NCBI GenBank assembly: GCA_963823665.1
Contig: CAWGMQ010000005.1
Span: forward strand, 608,001 to 672,000
Direction of reading: 5' to 3'
From: an uncultured Planctomycetota bacterium
Lineage (GTDB): Bacteria; Planctomycetota; Planctomycetia; Isosphaerales; Isosphaeraceae
DNA length: 64,000 bases
Position 1 is the stretch's first letter. The number at the start of each line of letters is the position of its first letter. The translations under genes were made by a program, and so were the position numbers. Shown piece by piece: positions 58,607 to 64,000 of the stretch. Under the pieces are notes generated by a model, which worked only from the letters and a program-made list of their open reading frames with translations, was not told the origin of the DNA and did no database searches.

Positions 58607-59476
58607 TCAGGAGATCCTCACCGACAACCGAGCACCTCCGCGGCACGACGATTGGAAAAACCCCTCGTACTGCTCCGCCAGCTTGTCCCCATCCCAGCGC
58701 TTCGCCTCCGCCAGCGCCCGTCGCCGGTGCTCCGCCTCGAATTCAGGATCGTCCCACAGCCGCTCGATCACGGCCACCCACGGCGCCACCTCCTGCGAGG
58801 TCGGCACTACGCTGCTCGCCGGCGTGCACCGATCGGGGACGGTAAACACGAACCCGGCATCGCCCAGGGTCTCAGGCAAAGCTCCGCGATCGCTGGCCAG
58901 CACCGGTATGCCGTTCGCCATCGCTTCGATCGGCACGCGGCCGAGCGATTCGCGCCAGAGCGACGGCATGAGCACAACCCTGCTCACCCGATAGAAATCA
59001 CGCGGATCGGGCGTATTCGCCATGCGGTGCAGGTTGGTCAGCCCCGAGAGATCGACCGGCAACCCCGCCAGTCCGTCAGCGGTACCGCGGCCTTCGACGA
59101 CCAGCAGCGGAATATCCAGCCGCCGTCGGCCAAGCTCCAGCGCAATCCGCGCGAAGACCGTAGCCCCTTTCTCAGGTTGAGGATTGATGAACGTCACGTA
59201 TTGCGGCTCGCGGTTCTCGGCAATTTCGAGGTCGAAGACCTCGGCCTCCCCTCCACGGCTGAGCGCCGCGCCCGACCGCGCCGTCGGCCTCTCGACCGAA
59301 GCGAGCACATTCTCGATAGGCGTCTCATTCTGATAGTCAATCACGCCGCAAGTGAACGCGCGGCAGTCCCATCCGCGCCCCGCCAGCAATTCCAGCAGCT
59401 CACGCGTCGCGAGCACCGCCCCGCTCAACGGATCGAGATGGCTGTGAATGGAAGCAAACAAAAAGCGATGCCCCAT
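58607..59476 (-). pseudogene. Glycosyltransferase family 4, in frame but apparently internally deleted
   Basis: Complete C-domain (FINPQPEKG, LMPSLWRESLGRVPIEAMANGIPVLASDRGALPE); the N-domain stops after about 80 aa (AEVFDLE|IAENRE). Confidence 0.7.
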
Positions 59477-59508
59477 GTCGAGCCCCTCAGAGAAAAACGC
59501 AGAAACAT

Positions 59509-59647
59509 GTCAGGTCCGCCGTTGCGGACCATCCGGCCCCATCAGAGTCATGAACGGCAAGACCCACGTAGGGTCCGCCGTTGCGGACCATCTGCCCCCA
59601 CCAGAGCGAGGAAGGCAAGAATGCTGTAGGGTCCGCCATTGCGGGCC
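59509..59647 (+). repeat. Three tandem GTAG-type REP-like units (GTAGGGTCCGCCGTTGCGGACC), period 58-59 nt
   Basis: Copies at 59509, 59568 and 59626; stem GGTCCGC/GCGGACC; the spacers resemble each other. Confidence 0.75.
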
Positions 59648-60215
59648 GAACGAATGCGTAGACCCAGCCCGTCGCGTTCAAGCTCGCTGCGCCCGAGAAC
59701 TTGACCACGGTCGTGAGACTTTGGTTCGGACGGGGAACCCCCAACCTCGCACGTTAGTGCGATCCCCCGCCCCACCCGCCCGCTTGCCGTTTTCCAGCTC
59801 GGACAAGACGTTCGCGTATCATGGGGATATCCCGCTCTATGGAACGAGGGAGGAAGGGACTCTGGAACTCGTCCTGCGCTACACCCCACGGGAGGCTGGA
59901 GTGGATTCGCTGGAGGATCATCCCAAAGCAAACCGCGCTCTCCTCATCGAGCGAGGAGCATTTTAAGTCTTGAACAGGAGAGCGTTCGCTTGACAGTGAT
60001 TGAAGGACACACACGATCGGTGCTCGCGGCTCAACTTCGGTCCCTCGGACTAATCAAACGGCAATGGGAGATGGTCGTTTATGATGTGGCGCAAAGGCTC
60101 GGATCTCTGCTGTCGCACTGGAACGATGAAGTCTTTCGACACACGATCATGGTGCTGGCCACCGAAGAGGCGTCCTTCTGGGAACCGCGCACTGCCAGTC
60201 TGGAAATGCGTTCGT

Positions 60216-60302
60216 CGCTCGTCCAACAGCGTGTGGCCCGCAGCACTGGCGTAGGCCAGATATACACCCATTTGGCAGTTGTCGATCTTGCCGGTTGCTC
60301 CG
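60216..60302 (-). mobile_element. IS701-family transposase fragment
   Basis: GATGKIDNCQMGVYLAYASAAGHTLLDER matches the conserved GKxxNCQxGVxLxYA block of IS701 transposases. Confidence 0.75.
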
Positions 60303-60445
60303 GGAAGCGAATGCAATTGTCACATAATTTTAACACAAGTGACATTCGCTCTTATATATTCTAATGGCGGTGCTGATGAACCTGCTCCGTTGAGTGGCCG
60401 GCGACCCGGGTCGGATCAATTCGCCCTTCCGGATTCGCACGTGCG

Positions 60446-61476
60446 TCAGTACTGATCAGCACTAATGCACTCGCCGCCGCTTCGCGTCGACAGCGCCTGC
60501 CAGACGCCGAGCTTCGCGCCGGGGATGATGTAGGGAGCACCGGTGTTCGAATTCTCGCCCAGGTAGAGGGGCCAACAACCGGTTCCATCCATCGGCCACG
60601 AATCGATCGAGTTTTTGATGAACTTCACCGAGCCGTCTCCAAACGTGCAATTGGCCCCGCCGGGATGAAGGCTATTTACATTGACGAATTGGAGGAACGC
60701 CGTGTTGTAGTTGGGAGGCGCGCGGCGCCGACCAAGGTGTCCACGCCGTCACCGCAGGTCCACCATTGAGACGCTCCCGTGTCGGCGGTCTCGCCGAAGA
60801 GCAGCGTGTTGCTCAGGCCGTCGCTGACCTGGGCCACGCGCACCGAGCTCAGCGCGTAGACTAGCCCGAGCTGGGCGATCCGTTTCGCCTCCCCCGGCAT
60901 GAGCTGGTCAAGCGTGCCAGGGACGAGGTTGAAGAGGTCCCACTCCCACGGGCCGGTGATGGCCGAATAGCTGTTGCCCCAGTAGTAACCCTGGACCATT
61001 TGGCCCGAGTTTGTCACATTGGAAATCGCGCAGCCCGTCGTTACTCCATAGTCGCTCGGGCACCATAGCGTTGCGATGCCGATTGCCCAGAGCGTGTTGT
61101 TTTCCCAGTTCGCGTTCATCAGGGACAGGTTGGCGGCATTGTACGTCGTTTGCTGCTCCAACTGGGGTAAGAGCCGCACGAACACGCTGAAATCCTGGTT
61201 GAGCGAGTTCATGGCGATGGAATAACCGCGCGGGAAACAGCCAGGCGGCAGGCAGCCGTTGATCGACTCGTAACTGGCGACCGCCAGGCCGAGCTGCTTC
61301 AAGTTGCTCTTGCACTGGAGACACCGGGCCGCCTCGCGCGCGTATTGCACAGCCGGCAATAGCAAAGCCACCGCGATCCCGATGATCGCGAGCACCACCA
61401 AAAGCTCGATCAGCGTAAAACCGAACCTTTGCCCTGTCCGCCGACGTACTGGATTGGCAGCGGGATGCGATGTCAT
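60446..61476 (-). CDS. DUF1559 prepilin-type N-terminal cleavage/methylation protein (frameshift near 60722)
   Basis: [16 protein letters not shown]...[34 protein letters not shown]...GE, H-x9-DG ([12 protein letters not shown]), [12 protein letters not shown]. Confidence 0.92.
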
Positions 61477-61784
61477 CGGGCCAGACCTCCTGCCTTCCGA
61501 TCTCGTCCTTGCACGCGACGAGGTGCAATCGCGTGGGACTATACGAAATTCGTATCCAACGGACAAGGCCGCCGGAACTGGTAGAATCGAACGGAACATT
61601 TGATCCAGAAAGCACTTTGGGCCAGTGGCGGGAAAAACGTAAGCTGCGATCGGGCCTCTCCGGTCGGTTTCAGAGCGGTTCCTGGGCTCGCGAATCGTCA
61701 AAAAAGTGTATCGAGCAGGCCCTGGGCAAAGACTAAGTGATACGGGGACAAAAAGTCCGGGGCTCGTCAACGGAGTGGCGACGC

Positions 61785-64000
61785 ATGGCAGGGGGGCGAT
61801 CGGGCGACCTGTCTAAGCACCTATCCAGTGTGTTCCGGGTCGGAACACTGGTGGGCGTGCCGGACGCTCAGTTGTTGCAGCGATTCGTCGCCGGCCGCGA
61901 CGAGGTCGGCGAGGCGGCCTTCCGCGCGCTGGTGGAGCGGCACGGCCCGATGGTGCTGCGCGTGTGCCAGAGCGTCCTCGGCGATCGCCATGATGCGGAG
62001 GACGCGTTCCAGGTCACGTTTCTGATCCTGGCTCGCAAGGCGGGGTCGATCCGAAATCATCGATCCGTGGGGAGCTGGGTGCACGGTGTGGCTCGTCGCG
62101 TCGCGCTTCGAGCCCAGTCCGAGGCCCGGCGCCGGCTCGCTCGCGAAACGAAGGTGGCCAAGGGAGCGAAGATGGCGTCGCCGTCACTAGAACCCGGCGA
62201 AGATCACGGCGAATCGGCGCGTGCACTCCACCAGGAGATCACGCGCCTGCCGGAGAAATACCGGGCGCCGATCGTGCTCTGCTATCTGGAAGGGATGACG
62301 CATGAGCAGGCCGCGCGTGAGCTAGGCTGGCCGGTTGGAACAGTGCGCGGACGTCTGGCACGGGCGCGTGGGTTGCTTCGAACCCGCCTCACCCGCCGCG
62401 GGCTGGCACTTTCTGCCGGGCTCGTGGCCGCAGGATCATTGCCCGAGACGGCGTCCGCGGCGCTGCCCGGGGTCTTGGTAGAGGCGACGGTGCGGGCCGC
62501 GCTCAGCTCGGCGACGGCCGGCTTCTCGACGCTAACCGTGACGATCCTTCTCCGGGCCGTGCTCAGGAACATGGCCTTTGTTCGACTGGTGCGGTTGACA
62601 GTGCCTGTGCTGATCATCGCCCTTGTTACTGCTAGCGCGGCCATGCTCGCGTATTCAAGCGGAACGAAGCTCTCCGGAGAGCAAGACCTTGCCGCAGAGA
62701 TCAAACGGGGCTCACCGCCGGCCCCGACCGACCTGGCCGGCGACCCGCTGCCCGCTGGCGCCCTGGCACGGCTGGGCACAACCCGCTTTCTCCATGCGGC
62801 CAGTCCGACCCAGATCGCTTATTCGCCTGATGGTGCAACCCTGGCTTCTTTTGACGGTACCTTGTATCTCTGGGACCCGTTGACGGGGCGCGAACGCCTT
62901 CGCATCGAGACAGGTGCGGGCAACGGAATGGGCCATGTCCAGTTCGCTTACGCCCCCGATGGCCGGACCTTGGCTGTCAAGGCTCAAGAGGTGCGCGACG
63001 ATATCGTCTCAGGGGAAGGGCGAAAGGTCTTCGATTGGATCGGCCTCTATGAGCCCAGAACCGGCCATGAGATCCGGCGATTCGAGGGAAGCGGGATGCC
63101 GGATGGCCTTGCATTCTCGCCGGACGGTCAAGTGCTCGCGGGGGCCGGCTCCATCGACGGGAAGTCCTTCATCACTCTTTGGGACGTCGCCTCGGGCCGC
63201 GTGATCCGACGCATCAGCCCCTTACCGAATGCGCCGCCTCGGCCGCTGGCGTTCCTGCCCGATGGCAAGGTCTTGATCTCGTGCGTCTCTTGGCGGAAAG
63301 CGGAGTCCAAATATGACAACCTACCCGGGCGCGCCCGAGGAGAGCGCGATCTACCTCTGGGAGGTCGCCACCGGGAAGCAGATCAGACGTATCGGGATCG
63401 GAAAGACAACGATCAATGAGGCCGTGCTTGCTCCCGACGGCAAGACTGTGGCCACGGGCGCGGCCGACAAGACGATCCGGCTCTGGGACCTGGTCACGGG
63501 CCTGCAACTGTCCAAGTTCGGAGGAGGCGACAACGAGCCAGGCCACCTTGCGTTCTCGCCCGACGGCACGACGCTGGCGTCGACGGAACGGACGATCTTC
63601 TCGACGAACTTCTGGAAGAGTCCGCCCGTGACACCGATCCATATCTGGGACACGGCCACGGGCCGCGAGCTTCGCCACTGGGAGACGGACAACGGCAGTC
63701 GTGTCTGCTTCTCGCCGGACGGTACGACGCTGGCCTCGGTGGCGAGCCAGGTCATCCGGCTCTGGGAGGTGGCGACCGGCCGAGAGATTCGGCCTCAGAC
63801 GACGGGCCATCACTCAGCAATCGGGGACGCTGTCTTCACACCCGATGGCCAATCCATCGTGACCGCTGGTCACGACCGGACCATCCGCTTCTGGGACGCT
63901 GGCACTGGAAGAGAGATCCGTCAGCTCGAGGGTAGCAGCGGCGCTATCGGGTTCGCGTCATTGTCCGCCGACGGCAAGTCGTTGGCGACCGGCTACGGCT
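61785..64000 (+). CDS. ECF sigma factor with TM segment and C-terminal WD40 repeats (frameshift near 63335; runs off the window end)
   Basis: [84 protein letters not shown]...IRLWD repeats. Confidence 0.92.

Noticed and set aside
58230..58646. ORFs on both strands between the kinase and the glycosyltransferase
   Set aside because: No recognisable motif or RBS; they overlap repeats and gene ends.
59509..59647. Possible mini CRISPR array (about 22-nt palindromic repeat, about 36-nt spacers)
   Set aside because: The spacers resemble each other, the repeats carry a GTAG REP signature and decay, and no cas genes are in the window.

Overview
GC-rich bacterial DNA with many planctomycete (Isosphaeraceae-like) hallmarks: TPR-bearing Ser/Thr kinases, ECF sigma factors (one with a WD40 tail), a DUF1559 prepilin-like protein and LExRxLL-type extracellular N-termini. 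About 14 otherwise intact genes are split by single-base indels, which looks like long-read sequencing error rather than real decay. The main candidate for an undescribed system is a ~15.5 kb envelope redox cluster (38.9-54.5 kb). Its core is a tandem-GlcG/HbpS heme-binding protein transcribed divergently from an outer-membrane beta-barrel and a ~1,340-aa ten-heme cytochrome c fused to a seven-repeat LVIVD propeller; a class II cyclic-nucleotide phosphodiesterase, a large beta-helix repeat protein and a second barrel-like protein lie alongside. The second candidate is a three-gene type VII secretion-like operon (two WXG100-like/helical proteins plus a three-domain FtsK ATPase) in a diderm organism. 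Also present: a thioester alpha-2-macroglobulin, an SRPBCC-TspO-photolyase light-stress cluster, two antitoxins whose toxins are truncated, Y1/RAYT-like and IS701 transposase remnants, and several REP-like GNA-triloop hairpins. I recognised no rRNA, tRNA or CRISPR array. All family calls come from reading motifs by eye, not from database searches.
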